Below, piece by piece: positions 50,923 to 63,246 of a DNA stretch of 64,000 nucleotides (positions within the stretch are counted from its first letter, which is position 1; each line of letters begins with the position of its first letter). A model generated the notes under the pieces. It made no database searches, was not told the origin of the DNA, and was given only the letters and a program-made list of their open reading frames with translations. A program made the position numbers and the translations under genes. The stretch is from Fistulifera solaris (taxonomy: Eukaryota). Location: positions 496,001 to 560,000 of the forward strand of contig AP026164.1 in the NCBI GenBank assembly GCA_030295235.1. Reading direction: 5' to 3'.

Positions 50923-51432
50923 TTAGAATACTACCAGATTGTCAGGAGGAATACTCGTCGTTTCCAACATTGCTTTCCAACTAATTTTGTAGGTGAAATC
51001 AGCACTTGTCGTCGGCAGCAATCGCATGGTGGACATTTTGTACAATCCGATTCCGAGCCACACCAAATTCAAAGCCAGGAAAATCATTTTGGCCGTCGTT
51101 AATTCGACTTTCTGCAAAGCATTGAAGTGCTGATTGATGGCAAAAATGTTTGTAAGTGGACTCATGATTGCCGAACTGCAAATATTGATCGAAAAAATAT
51201 TGAGTTGACTGCCCGACATGTACATCATAAAAGCGTTCATCAATATCTGTTGACCCGGCTTCATAGCAATCGCCATGGCCTTGGATTTGCGCTTTGCCGT
51301 GAGCGCATTTTGTTGCGCGACGCTCAATGTCGGAGCGCTGCGCGGACGAAGCGGACTGCGATGAATTGTGTTGCAGCCACGATTTGTAACCGATGGGGGT
51401 GTCACATTGCAATAGAGTGGTATGTCCATCAT
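50923..51432 (-). CDS. EMC4: ER membrane protein complex subunit 4
   Basis: 'AMKPGQQILMNAFMMYMSGSQLNIFSI' and 'GLYKMSTMRLLPTTSADF'. Confidence 0.9.
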   Translation of the reverse strand: MMDIPLYCNVTPPSVTNRGCNTIHRSPLRPRSAPTLSVAQQNALTAKRKSKAMAIAMKPGQQILMNAFMMYMSGSQLNIFSINICSSAIMSPLTNIFAINQHFNALQKVELTTAKMIFLALNLVWLGIGLYKMSTMRLLPTTSADFTYKISWKAMLETTSIPPDNLVVF

Positions 51433-52246
51433 GGCCTTCCTTCACGTTCAAGTCAATATTATATGTAGATCTGTTGTTTAATTGTATATAAGGTTCGAGG
51501 GTCAGACAAATAAAAGGGATGATGATGGGAGATCATGGGAGATGATGGGAGATGATATTCGATAGAGTAAGGCGCGTTAGCATTGTGAAATTTTGAACAT
51601 TCGCTTACCTTCTGGGCATTTTATCAGAATCAATCACGCAAAGTGTTCAACAAATACAGTGTTTCGTCCACTATTTTCGTTTTGAATGAAAGACAGACCA
51701 ATAATACCTGATACTTGTACAAGTACATGTTCAAGCAATGGCAATCTTTGCTGGTGTCGAGAGTCGAGTGTCGAGCGAAATGCTCGCGCTGCGCGAGCTC
51801 GTCCCTCAATTGTGGCGTTGTCAGTGCCGTACCGGTACCGACCGGTACCTGGTAACCTTACTGGTAAACCAAAAGCAGATCAATAAATATCGCACCGGTA
51901 AGCGGTAAGACATCTCTTCTAGCTTCTAGCTTCTATCTTGTTGCCACAAACTCTCGCAAGTGACGTCACTACTAAACAAATGGCATTGCTTTGCGAGCGT
52001 AACAAAATTATTATTGCCTCCGATCAAAAGGTAAAAAAATCTGACTCATTCGTGGCTTGTAACCGCTTACTATAGACATTAGTGTGGCGAAGATCTTTGA
52101 TCTCGGCAAAATTCCGCTCCGGTCGCCAACTTACAACTTACCTTTGTTGACTGTTGACCGCGCTTCGCCGCAACGTTTCCATTCGCAACAAGCCATCACT
52201 TTCATAAAAAAGCCCGTTGTTTGTGAATTTGTGCATCTTTTCAAAA

Positions 52247-53245
52247 ATGGCCCCCACAACTGAAGAACTTCTCAAGGCGCAGAAACTGATCGACGATATC
52301 ATTCTCGAAAAGAACTGCGGTCCTATCTTTGTTCGCCTCGCTTGGCATGATTCGGGTACCTTCGACAAGGATGTGCAAGGAGAATGGCCAGCGGCGGGAG
52401 GCGCGAACGGTTCTATTCGCTTTGCTCCCGAAATCAATCATGGTGCCAACGCCGGTTTGATTAACGCCGTCAAGCTCTTGGAGCCTGTCAAGGAGGCCTG
52501 CCCCAATGTTTCGTACGCCGATATTTTCCAGATGTCATCGGCTCGCGCCATCGCCCTCGCCGGTGGACCGGCCGTTGACATGAAGTACGGTCGTCTTGAC
52601 ACCACTGCCCCAGAGCAATGCCCTCCGGAAGGCAACTTGCCGGATGGAAACGCCAATCCTGAAACGTACGTGAGACTGACACTGTCATCGATAATTATTT
52701 GTTGAAACACGACACTCATTAACACTTACCTTGTCGTTTGTCTCTTTTCTGGCAGCCAAGAGTTTGGTGGGGCCGGAGGCACGAAACCCACTGTTTCAAA
52801 ATCCGCTGAAGGGCACTTGCGTGCCGTCTTCCACCGAATGGGTCTTTCGGATGAAGATATTGTCGCTTTGTCGGGTGCTCACACGTTGGGACGGGCCTAC
52901 AAGGACCGATCCGGAGAAGGCGCCGAAAGCACCAAGTTCACCACCGGACCACAAACGCGTGCGGATGGCTCAGAAGCCAATTACACAAAAGGGGGATCTT
53001 CGTGGACCACCAACTTTTTGCAATTTGATAATTCGTATTTCAAAATCATGAGTGATGAAAGTGCGGATCCGGAACTCTTGAAATTGGCCACAGACAAGAT
53101 CATCTTTGTCGACCCCGGTTTCAAACCGTTTGCTGAGAAATTCCGCGATGATCAGGATGCTTTCTTCCAGAGCTACGCGGCGGCTCACAAGAAGTTGTCG
53201 GAATTGGGATCCAAGTTTGAACCGGCGGAAGGTATCAAATTGTAA
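52247..53245 (+). CDS. Ascorbate peroxidase (class I heme peroxidase), no targeting peptide
   Basis: [43 protein letters not shown] and FDNSYF. Intron 52666-52755 splices in frame. Confidence 0.95.
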
Positions 53246-53527
53246 GTCACACAGTATAACGTTAGGAACAAAATCAGTATGATATACTCCGTCGTCAGGA
53301 TAGCGAGACATTGACTGATAAATCTTCGAACAAGAATAGGTTGTTATTGCTGCAAAATAGTGTGGTTTCTCTTCTCGCTACGCACTTGCTATGCAAATAA
53401 AAGTTATGTAGTTTATGTGAAAGGATTTCGAAGAGGAATGAATAATTTCAATCAAGGGACCAACCACTCGACGGAGACTGATGAAACATGAAGCCATGCA
53501 TTTGCTATCACTACGTCATATCAACGA

Positions 53528-54962
53528 TCAGATGAAGAATCCGTATCGTGATCGCTTCTCGGTGTCTTCCTCATCGCCACGAGAACGAGAACGCTTGCGA
53601 GTGCCGTGGATGTTCTCCAGCAATTCAGTTTCCTGAAATCTCGGTGGCTTGTGAACAAAGCGACGACTGCGTTCCCGTACAGGAGTGTCGTAAATCGTGA
53701 CCGGGACATTACCTTCGTCCACAGCACCAACACCACTGGTTAACGACGGAATGCTAAACGTCTCACTGATGAGGCGCCGCCACTGAGTAGGTGGTGTTAC
53801 AACTTTACATTGCTTCGATGATTCCTTGCCAAGGCTGTAGATGCCAATGGATGACGAACGCTTCAAAGAAGTCGGAGCTACGATGTTCTGAGACGCAACG
53901 ATGGAACGAGGTGTTATGACAATAGGGCTGATGCATTGAGTCTTGCCTTCGTCAACACAAGCAGTATTTTGCTGTTGGTGGATGCTGGTTCCGTCACGTT
54001 CAGACTCCACCTCTTCGAAAGCGCTCACTCCCTCGCTTGAGTGAAGATACAGCTCAAACGACCGACGATTGTGGAAACCAACTCCAGCAATGTGTACAGA
54101 TACCCATCCGTTACCCCATTTCTCAACATGACCTACACGTCCTTTGAAAGGGCCCGTCCCCACGCGAACTGCCGTCCGAAACCAATGATCCGTAGAAAGG
54201 GTGGATAGCAGAGGGCATGCACGCGTGGCGTCGATAATGGGTGCTTTTCTCGACGATGCATCCAAGACGTCTTGTTTGGAAGAAGAAGGCGTTGCAGCAG
54301 AGCTGTCAATAGAATTCTCCGAAAGAGATGACGCGGCGGATGGAGGGCGCTCTGTATGAACAATAATGCCATCTGCAGCAACTAGAAGCGGATTCTTCGC
54401 TTGTTGTCGCGCCCTTGCTTTTGATTTCTGCTTCGATACGTTCCTTCGAGGGGGGAGGGTTGTTATCATAATCGGCATGCATGTTGCAGTACTTCGATTC
54501 CCTTACAGCGATATAAGCACAACTTCGGCCTCGTGTTGTTGTTGCTGCACATCGAGTCTCATTGGAAGATCCTGTATATCGTCGATCTTGCGGTGTCGTT
54601 GAGAGTGTTGATAATTGCCGGTCAAGAAGAGCAGATTTTGGCTGCCCTTGTGATGATTCATTGCCTGGTTCGAATTCAAGACAATGACCTTGTACTTTGA
54701 CTTCAGGCAAGTGATTGTGTGTTGTTTTGACTGACGAATTAGCCTCCCTGTGAAGGAAAGCATCATCGTCATCTCTGGAGACAGCGGTTACTATTTTGCT
54801 CTCGGAGGTTAAGAGATTACTATCAGGCGCACCATGCAGAGGTAACGGCGCACCTGCCACCTTGAACGGCTGGAAAGTCCGCTTTTTGATGGGTAGGGAG
54901 CCAGACAATAGCCGCTTGCTGTGTGATGTGGCGAGATTGTTGCATCGCTTGGTGGAAATCAT
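53528..54962 (-). CDS. Hypothetical nuclear protein with C3H zinc-finger-like and KOW-like motifs
   Basis: PIKKR; 'RCAATTTRGRSCAY..ESKYCNMH'; 'VRVGTGPFKGRVGHVEKWGNGWVSV'. Two ORFs join after removing one base in the G6 run at 54450-54455. Confidence 0.65.
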
Positions 54963-55726
54963 CGTTCAAGTGAGACGCGACCCGGGAGAATGCTCACAGA
55001 TCGCAATTTGAATCTTGATAGCAGCTTTAGGTCCACGAAGACGGGCGCAGCTTGAGTGGCAAATCAAGCTGAGCAAATGATGAGCGATGACTTGGTGCGT
55101 ACTACGTAGATAATCTTGTTCGGTCTCTACAAAGTATTCTCACACCAATAGTGGTACTTGAGAATTCTTTCTTGTTAGAGGTTGCAGTTAAAGTGTGTTT
55201 GGAATTATTAAAGTGAAAGTAGGCTTTCGTCTCGGCCGACTGGCAGTGAGAAAGGCAGCAACAGCAACTGCGACGTTCCTAATGCTTTGATTTTAGTCGG
55301 CAATAGACCTCCAAGCGAACGATAAGTAGGAAGGTGATGTATTTTCCTTGTTGTCATGGTAGTTTGTTTTCGTGGAAAATTCTCTTAATTTTTGCCAGTA
55401 CAAAATCTACGTATTCCATCCTCCCCCCCCCCCCCCCCCTCTCAGCTCTCCGGTCAAAAAGATACCGAAATGCCCAAAGAAATACTGAACCTACTGAGCG
55501 CACTACAATCACGCTTATCGCACCGGTGTAGCGATAACCGATGACCGATGATCAAAAACGGGACATCACACATCACCCAAAAAAAAAAACACGGCGTCGC
55601 TCCTTTTCGATATCTCGAGAAAACGCCAGTTGTTTCTTTGGTTCACAACAATAATGATTCATGAAATCCTTAATAATCGAACAGGATACCCTAAATTTAG
55701 AAAAATGGAGTTGAAAAACGAATTCT

Positions 55727-58700
55727 TTAAAACCAAATATCATCCTCTTCTTCGGGGTCTTCTATTGGTGCAAGGGCTAAACCTGTCATCCAATTCTTTG
55801 CGGGTGTTACAGGTTCCTCTTGTCGGCCTAAGCTGAATGCATTCATACTCAGTGATTTTGACATGGTGGGGGCACCAAGAACTTCACCATCAGAAAGTGA
55901 GCGGTCGCCCACCGATGTCATCTTCGGTAAAGAAGCAAGATCAAGGGCGGAATGGAAGCGGTTGCCTCTTGTCGAAACCTTCACTAAACCTTCTAGCAGT
56001 TCCAATGCCGAGTCAACGTCATTCAAATAGCTAGCAGCTGCACTAGGTTTCTTCCCCACCGTACAGGTGAAGATATCCAAATCGGGGGAAACGTAGTTGT
56101 CACAAGAAGACACATCCACCAGCTGTAAAGTGGCCGGCATCGGCAACAGTGGCTGGTTCGGTCGTGGTCGAGCTTCGAGTACTCGCCTGCCGATTTGACG
56201 CATTACTGATAACATGGGCTCGTCGCAGTGGTCGTCTCCCAACACAAGGGCGAAATCGACCATCCCTTTTTGAGCAATGTCCGGGAAGCGCTTGATGACG
56301 CGCATGGCAAGAACACCTTTGTTGACCCCTTTCGGGCGTACCTCAACGTAACCACCTTCTTTCAATCCTCCGTGCAACACGTCCACAGGAAAGCTCCTAA
56401 GATATTTCGACAGGTGATCTTCGAGCTCTTTCGCTTGTAGCGAACCAAATTCAGTGTCTGCGTCACGGTACTGCCAAAGTACCTTCATCTCAGTCTCTTC
56501 AATATAACTTCCGTGAGTTCTCGACGTGTATACTTCCATGATGGTGACAGCTAGAGATCGCCAAGTCCGATCGGTTTCGGGTACAAGTGTTTCCCAACGT
56601 CTCTTTGACGACGTCTTAGGTGTCGGCCACGAAATGAACATACCATGCTCGGCAGCTAAGCCAAGATTAGGAATGTCACCAAGTGTCTTCGTAAGAGAAT
56701 GACGCTCTTTTCCACTCACGACGAAAACTGTGTTTCTCTTGTCCTCGCAAAGACCTCGTAAAGCATCTATCATTCGAGCAGTAGGGACCGATTTTCCGTC
56801 TCTCTCTTTCACCATTTGAAATCTGGTTAAAGAATCCAACTAAAATGCAAATCTTTCAGGATGAGAAGCGTTCCATAATGAACAGAGAGTAGTCCCGAAT
56901 TCAAAGAACTTACGTTGTCGTTGCTCACAATGGTTCCGCCATAATCTAGCAAAATCAATCGCGCCTTAGATTTCTTGTACGCTCGGGTGACGAGCGCTGA
57001 GTCAAGCGATGTGAAACCTGTATCCATACCGAGCAAACGATAATTTAAGCCTAGACCAGCCCCTGAGAACTGAACCGGATTAATGTTCTTGTGGACGCCC
57101 TTTAAGTCCAGCATTACCGCTAAAGCCCAGCGCTGCGTGGTGACGCGTGTTACGAATTCCGAAGCGATGCTCAGGCGACGAAGACGCTCTTCCTCCTGCA
57201 TGTTTGCTGCTTGGAAAAACGCGCTTGCGATTTCCGATATCTTCCACGGATTAACATGTAGTGCCCCACGCATCACACGTGTTGAACTGGAAAATTCAGA
57301 AAGGATGCAGATGCCCCGTTTACGACCGTCCGCACGTCCGAGGTCTGTCAAAGCATCTTGATGTGCGATCGTGAATTCAAGCGGAAGCAAATTCAAGCCA
57401 TCGCGAATCGAAGTGACAACGCAAACGTCGGCCGCGCGTAAAAGTGCTACTCGCTGTTGTAAGCGAATCTCTCGCTCGTGAAGAATCTGGAGATGAACGG
57501 AGCCAGGCCACTTTTCATTGATCTTTTGTGCAAGGGCACAAGTTTCGGACTCCGTGCGATGAAAATCCTCTCCGCGCTCAAAAGCTTTTATTCCAACTTG
57601 GATCAAAACGATTTTACCTACCCATTCTGGGCAACGTGTCAAGAATCGCTCGAACCCAAGTAATTTCAACGGGATTCCCTTAAGACTCTCCAGTCTGTCG
57701 ACCCCACAAAAAATGATATTATCTGGGAACTGAGTTCGGAGACTAGATACCCGTTCCATGGTACTTTGATGAATCAATACCTGCCTCAAGACAGGTGGCT
57801 CAATACCAGCGTGAATGCTCGTAACAGCCACATTTCGGCCAGCAGTGTCGATCGCAAGAGTGTGTCCACCAGATGCGTCAGGAATCATTCCATAGTGAAG
57901 ACCCAGTAGTCGACGGCACGACGTCAAGAAGTGACGAGCGTACTCGAAAAGGTGAAAACCAACCTGATCTGCATTAAGCATACCTCGAAGCAAGTCCTCT
58001 CGGCACCAAAGTGTTCGGAATATTTCAGAAGACGGGAATGGAGTGTGAAGAAAAATTCCTACTTTTGCCATTGGGATGCGGCGGGTCAAATAGGAAGGCA
58101 AGATTAGCAGATGGAAACCGTGAACCCAAACGAGGTCACCTTCGTGGAAGCATTGGACGACCTTCTCGGCAAACTGGCGATTAACAGCCGTGTAAGCAGC
58201 CCACAGCTCTGCCTCGCGGCCACGACCGCCGTGGATAGGACCTTGTTCTACATCATCCAAACTGTATTCAGAAAACTCGTTTCCATCAACTTCCGCAATC
58301 TTAGACGACCCGTCACCATTGTTGTCTTCGGGGCCGTTCGAGTATACGGATGTCACATTATGTAGAACAGGCCAAAGAACGCCTTTACAGAAGCCATTGT
58401 ACATTTCACCAAATAGAATGGGGTCGACCCATACTGGGACGCAGTTGAAAGGCAACAAACACTCTTCGACTAATCGGCGCTCGTTGCGAGGCACTCCTGC
58501 TTTCTCTTGAGTATTTCCATGCCAGCCGCGCCACTTGACAACGCCCACGCGGGTTACGCGCAAATGCGTTTGCATGGACAAGAGCATTTCGTAGTCCCAC
58601 TCAGCGGACCACTTTCCGTCGTCGCTGCGGTTCAGAATAACTGGCAGAAATGCGCTGACCACGACTAGACCGTCGGTTGAATTCAGATGCACAGCTTGTT

Positions 58701-59518
58701 TTGGAGCTGACTTGGATCCAGTTCCTCCACTTGAGTGATGGTGGGGAACAGGAGCAGGTGCAAATCCCACTGCTTTTTTTGCGAGGGGCGCCTACTGGAG
58801 CACCAACACCTCCTTGGGTAGCCGAAATGCGCAGAGCAGATATTGTTAATGCTCCATCCGAGCTGTTGTGTCGTGCATGCAAGGTTTGTGCACGTTGCAA
58901 CCCTTGATGTGATGGAAGTCGATTGTGATCGATATTTGCGGGGGCGCCCGTGATACCCAGAACATCATTTACAGTGTAGACCTCTCGACTCTGCATGAGA
59001 TGAAGTGGAACTTCGTGAACTGGCTCATCGTCTGCTTGTGCAGATTCAGCAGCAATATCAGCAGCATGAGGTTGCTCAGGTCCTCCATCTGAAGGATTTT
59101 CCCAACGGTGGAAAACACCGGCACGATGAATCGCGTATCGGTAGGTAAACTTGCTTTTTGGACGTCCCTCCGAACCGCCTTCAGCGACATCATGGGGAAG
59201 TTTCACCGAGAGAGGTAAAGTGATCGGGTTGAGTGTATGATACCATGGAAAATCTGTAGGCGTCGTATGAAGAACAAACGACTGAATAGAAGGAGAGACA
59301 GAAAATTGAGACTTCATGCTCAAATTAAAATCCTGCGTCTATTGCACAGATTCCATATCATCCGAGACACGCAAACCATTCGCTTTTTGCTAATTGTCTC
59401 ATGTCACTCAAAACACTCGAACTGATTAACAGGACTTTTGAACATATAAGAGATCATAGATAAATTTACCTTCCGTTGTCCTAAGCCCCTGATGGTACGA
59501 GGAAGACCTGTTCACCAT
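55727..59518 (-). CDS. Trehalose-6-phosphate synthase/phosphatase fusion with CBM20-like N-terminus
   Basis: YNGFCKGVLWPVLH, GIFLHTPFPSSEIFR, GVDRLESLKGI, RDGLNL and LSEF; HAD domain with VVSG, AEHG, VEVRPKGVNKG and GDD. Intron near 56840-56912; frameshift at ~58774-58780. The 5' exon structure is uncertain. Confidence 0.9.
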
Positions 59519-60484
59519 GAGACAAAGTCTCACAGCGCACCCTAAAGTTTACATGCGCCACGGCGCCTAATTCGAAATCCGCTTTGTCGGTTGCGTTCAT
59601 TTATTTATTACTCAAAGTCGACGATGAAACAAGCAAATCTTCTATGGTGCGGATGGAAAATAATCATCAACACTCGTGTTGTGCTGCTCCTTCATGTTCG
59701 TCAGAGAGTGTTTCCTTTGACACTTTGGGAAGGTGCTGAAGCTGAAGGGTCAAAACGCGTCTCGTGTCGCTTACTTTATCGTGTAGAGTGGTCGAAAATT
59801 ATGACGTCTGATGACGGATGCATGCACGAACGTAACGGCCCCATTGTGGCATTAGATATTAGATCATCCATTTCTCGGGTATCTTGGACAGCAATGCCAT
59901 CAAACCTTGAACCATGATTGTTAATTCACATTAATGAACGATAATCACAAACTATTCGAAATCATAACGTAGAGAAAAGCAAAGATTCAATGCTACGTGA
60001 AATTGACGTAGGTTTAGTAGGAATTTATCGCTGTAGATAGCACACGGAACTTATTGAATTCGACCTCATTAATTGTCGGGTCCGACTGCAACCAATTTCA
60101 TTGTAATGGTTCTCATCATACCTTTGTAGGGATGACTCACTCACACACTGGTACAGCAAGACCATCGTACCGAATTGTCAATGACGACACACCCATCGTC
60201 TCCTTCTACCAACGCTTTCGCGTGTTCCGATAAGCAAGAATCGACATTGATTGGAACACCAAATATGCAAAAGACAACAGATCCAATGTTGCAAGTGTCT
60301 ACTTGATTTTAACGTAGGCACCGTAGGGAAGTTTATCGACTGAGGAAAACCCGGATATTGTGGAGTTCGACCTCAATCCTTAAACGTGCTTTTTAAGAGA
60401 GACAGAAACCCTAATGTAAGACAAAAACAAGGCGGTGAAAAATCAAAAATTGATGTTACCAGGTAACTATCGTATCGAAGGGGA

Positions 60485-61646
60485 ATGAAAAAAGCAAAAA
60501 GCAAACAATTAAAGTCAGCTAGAAACGGAAGCTCAATCATGCATAGTAGGACGAGTACAGAGTCAATGTATTGCGTAGCCATCGAGGATATAAAAGATGC
60601 TGCAATACGGATCGAAGGGATTGCCCATCGTACACCCGTACTAACTTCTACGTCCATCAACCAAAAGGCTAAACGAAATCTCTTCTTTAAAGTGGAAGCC
60701 ATGCAAAAGACTGGGTCATTCAAATTTCGCGGGGCACTCAATGCTGTCAAAAGTGTCGTGTCTGAGCAACCCGACGACGAGATTATGTTTGTCTCCCATT
60801 CGTCGGGTAATCACGCCCAAGCGTTGGCCCTCGCTGCGAAGCTCTCTAGTCAAAAGGCAACTATTGTAATGCCAAACAACACTCCGTCCGTCAAAAAGGC
60901 AGCTGTTGCTGATTTTGGGGCTTCTATTGTGATAGTCGAGAACACGAATGAAGCACGGGAAGACAAAGCAACTGAAATTGTCAATGAAAGTGGTGGAGGT
61001 GAGTTAGTTGCGTGAACAAAAACACAGCCGCAATTCTCTAAGGCATGGCTCAAACTTATTAATCGGTTTTCGAAAAGTATTTGTACATCCCAGTGAAGAC
61101 CCCCGTGTAATAGCAGGACAGGGCACTGTGTGTCTTGAATTTCTGGAGCAGATGGGGGATATCAAATTGGATGTTGTCATTATTCCCGTTGGAGGAGGGG
61201 GCTTAGCTGCAGGAAATGTAATGACTCTTCGATCTTTGCAACCAGGCATCAAAATCATTCTGGCTGAACCGTCAGCGCTAGACGACGCGTACCGAAGTTT
61301 CAAGGAGAAGACATTACTGAAGCACGCGGATGATAACAAGTTGGAGAGTGTAGCAGACGGTTTGAAGACTACGTTGGGACCGAACACGTGGCCGATTATT
61401 CGTGATAAAGTTGATAGTATTTTTACTGTGTCGGAAAAGGAAATACTGCAAGCAACCAAACTTATTTGGGAGCGCCTTAAAGTGATGATAGAACCCAGTG
61501 CTGGAGTGGGTGTTGCTGTGGCACTGTCGGAAGAGTTTGCGCACACTTACGGCAATGCACACAATGTTGGTATAGTTTTATGCGGTGGCAATGTGGATGT
61601 TGTAAAAATTGCTGCAAAAATGGATCAGTATGCTATTGATGATTAA
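60485..61646 (+). CDS. Serine racemase / threonine dehydratase-like PLP enzyme
   Basis: HRTPV, QKTGSFKFRGA, SSGNHAQA, GQGT, PVGGGGL, EPSAG and CGGNVD. Intron 60999-61077. The start may be 60485, 60539 or slightly later. Confidence 0.92.
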
Positions 61647-61709
61647 TTATGTATTGTACAGTAAAGACTCACTACCGATCCCTAGCGGGCTGTAACGCTT
61701 ACGCAATCG

Positions 61710-62608
61710 TCAAATTGAATCATTTGATCTCAACAAATCATCGATTCGATCGATTGAGAGGTGCAAAATGATTGACACAATTACGTTATCGAGGCTACCG
61801 GGGCAGGTTGCTTCCACAACGGCAGCAATAGCTCCATAGGATAGGACAAGTCGAAGCGGCAAAACATCCAAGCCAAGAATATAAAACAAGACATAGATAC
61901 CAGCAACCGTCCCTAGAAAGACCCCTACCACGGATCCTTCCATACTTTTGCGTGCTGCAAGAGGCATTTGATACACGTGGCGTCCGAAGAACTCCCCTAT
62001 CAGCGGCGCCGCAACAGAGTCCCCTAAACCTACGGCAGCAATTAGAATAGCGGCTCGAGGAGACATGAAATGATAGAGACCCAAGTAAATCAAAAGAGCA
62101 TTAAATTGCATCGGTCCCCATAATAGTTCCGAAGGAGAAGAAGACCGAGACAGCGCTTGAACTTCGATATCATCTGGATCCTTACAAATGAAACCTTTGT
62201 ACCAAAATCGAATCATGAGAGCTGCTGGCACGATTGTGTTAAATCTCCAAGTCCAGTCAGTCGTATCGTAGAGCGGCCAAAAGATTAAACTGCTACTCAA
62301 CACCATATGAATGCATGGTTTTGTCCAAGTTGATCTGCTTCTGTCCATGTTGCTCAGTCGATTGACGAGCTCAAGGCATATTTTAATGCATATCAACGTC
62401 CATTGCAGCACTAAAATATTGTTGAGAATTGGGGGAAGATATTTCCATGATAAGTACTTAAGAAAAAAAGCCATGATAGCATACGCGAACAATACAATGT
62501 TTTCAAGAGGATCACTTGGACTGAATGGTGCGCTGCGCAGTATTCAACTGGATCGAAGCTCGGATAAGTGTTTGTTGATTATTAGGGGTGGCGTATTAAT
62601 TACGGCAT
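61710..62608 (-). CDS. Phytol/farnesol kinase-like membrane protein
   Basis: 'ALSRSSSPSELLWGP', 'GLGDSVAAPLIG..FG', 'KSMEGS', 'EA...SLDN'. A 5-nt first coding exon ATGCC (62608-62604) and intron 62603-62533 give MPAPFSPSDPLEN in frame. Confidence 0.75.
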
Positions 62609-62761
62609 GATTACACCTGGTAAGAAAATCCGCTCAATCAAGGTTTGGACGTTCCTCATTCAATCCGATAACAGCATAAACAATAGCAATTAGAATGCCA
62701 TGTGTTCGAGGCGTTCAATGAATTCTTTCTGGTGAAATATGCGGACCTTGCCTCAACACAA

Positions 62762-62788
62762 CCACGACTGCATTTCAGTCATGAATCA
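62762..62788 (+). repeat. Single copy of the same dispersed motif
   Basis: CCACGACTGCATTTCAGTCATGAATCA, identical over 27 nt to the copy at 18304. Confidence 0.85.
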
Positions 62789-63246
62789 CATTTTGTATTT
62801 TATCCGTTCTGTACGCCTCCTAGAGGAAGCTTAATCGCCTGACTGAAATAAATTTAAAAATTCATAAGTTAGGGCATGTTATTTGGAGATCTGTTAATGG
62901 AGTGGAAGACGTCGACGCGTTGCGCAACCAACTTTTAATCGAAAGGTGTTTACTCTCTTTATGAAGTGTACCCCTGCGTAGGGCGACAATGTTCCGACTC
63001 AGCCGGAATCCAGTCCCGGAAAAGTTATGCCTCCGCGCTCCGCTCGGCTCCGCGCGCAATCAGCGGCTCGTCTGTCTGTCCTCCCAACGGGTCGATCTTG
63101 TGATCTTGTGGTCTTGTGGCTTGTGGCAATGCGGATTTTCGTTCGCCCTTCTATGTTTGCCATGTTGCTTTGCAAATAGACTGGACTAGTGTGCTTTCTT
63201 TGAGGGAAAGATTCTGCGGTGGCTTTCTATGCTTTTGAAACAGCCA

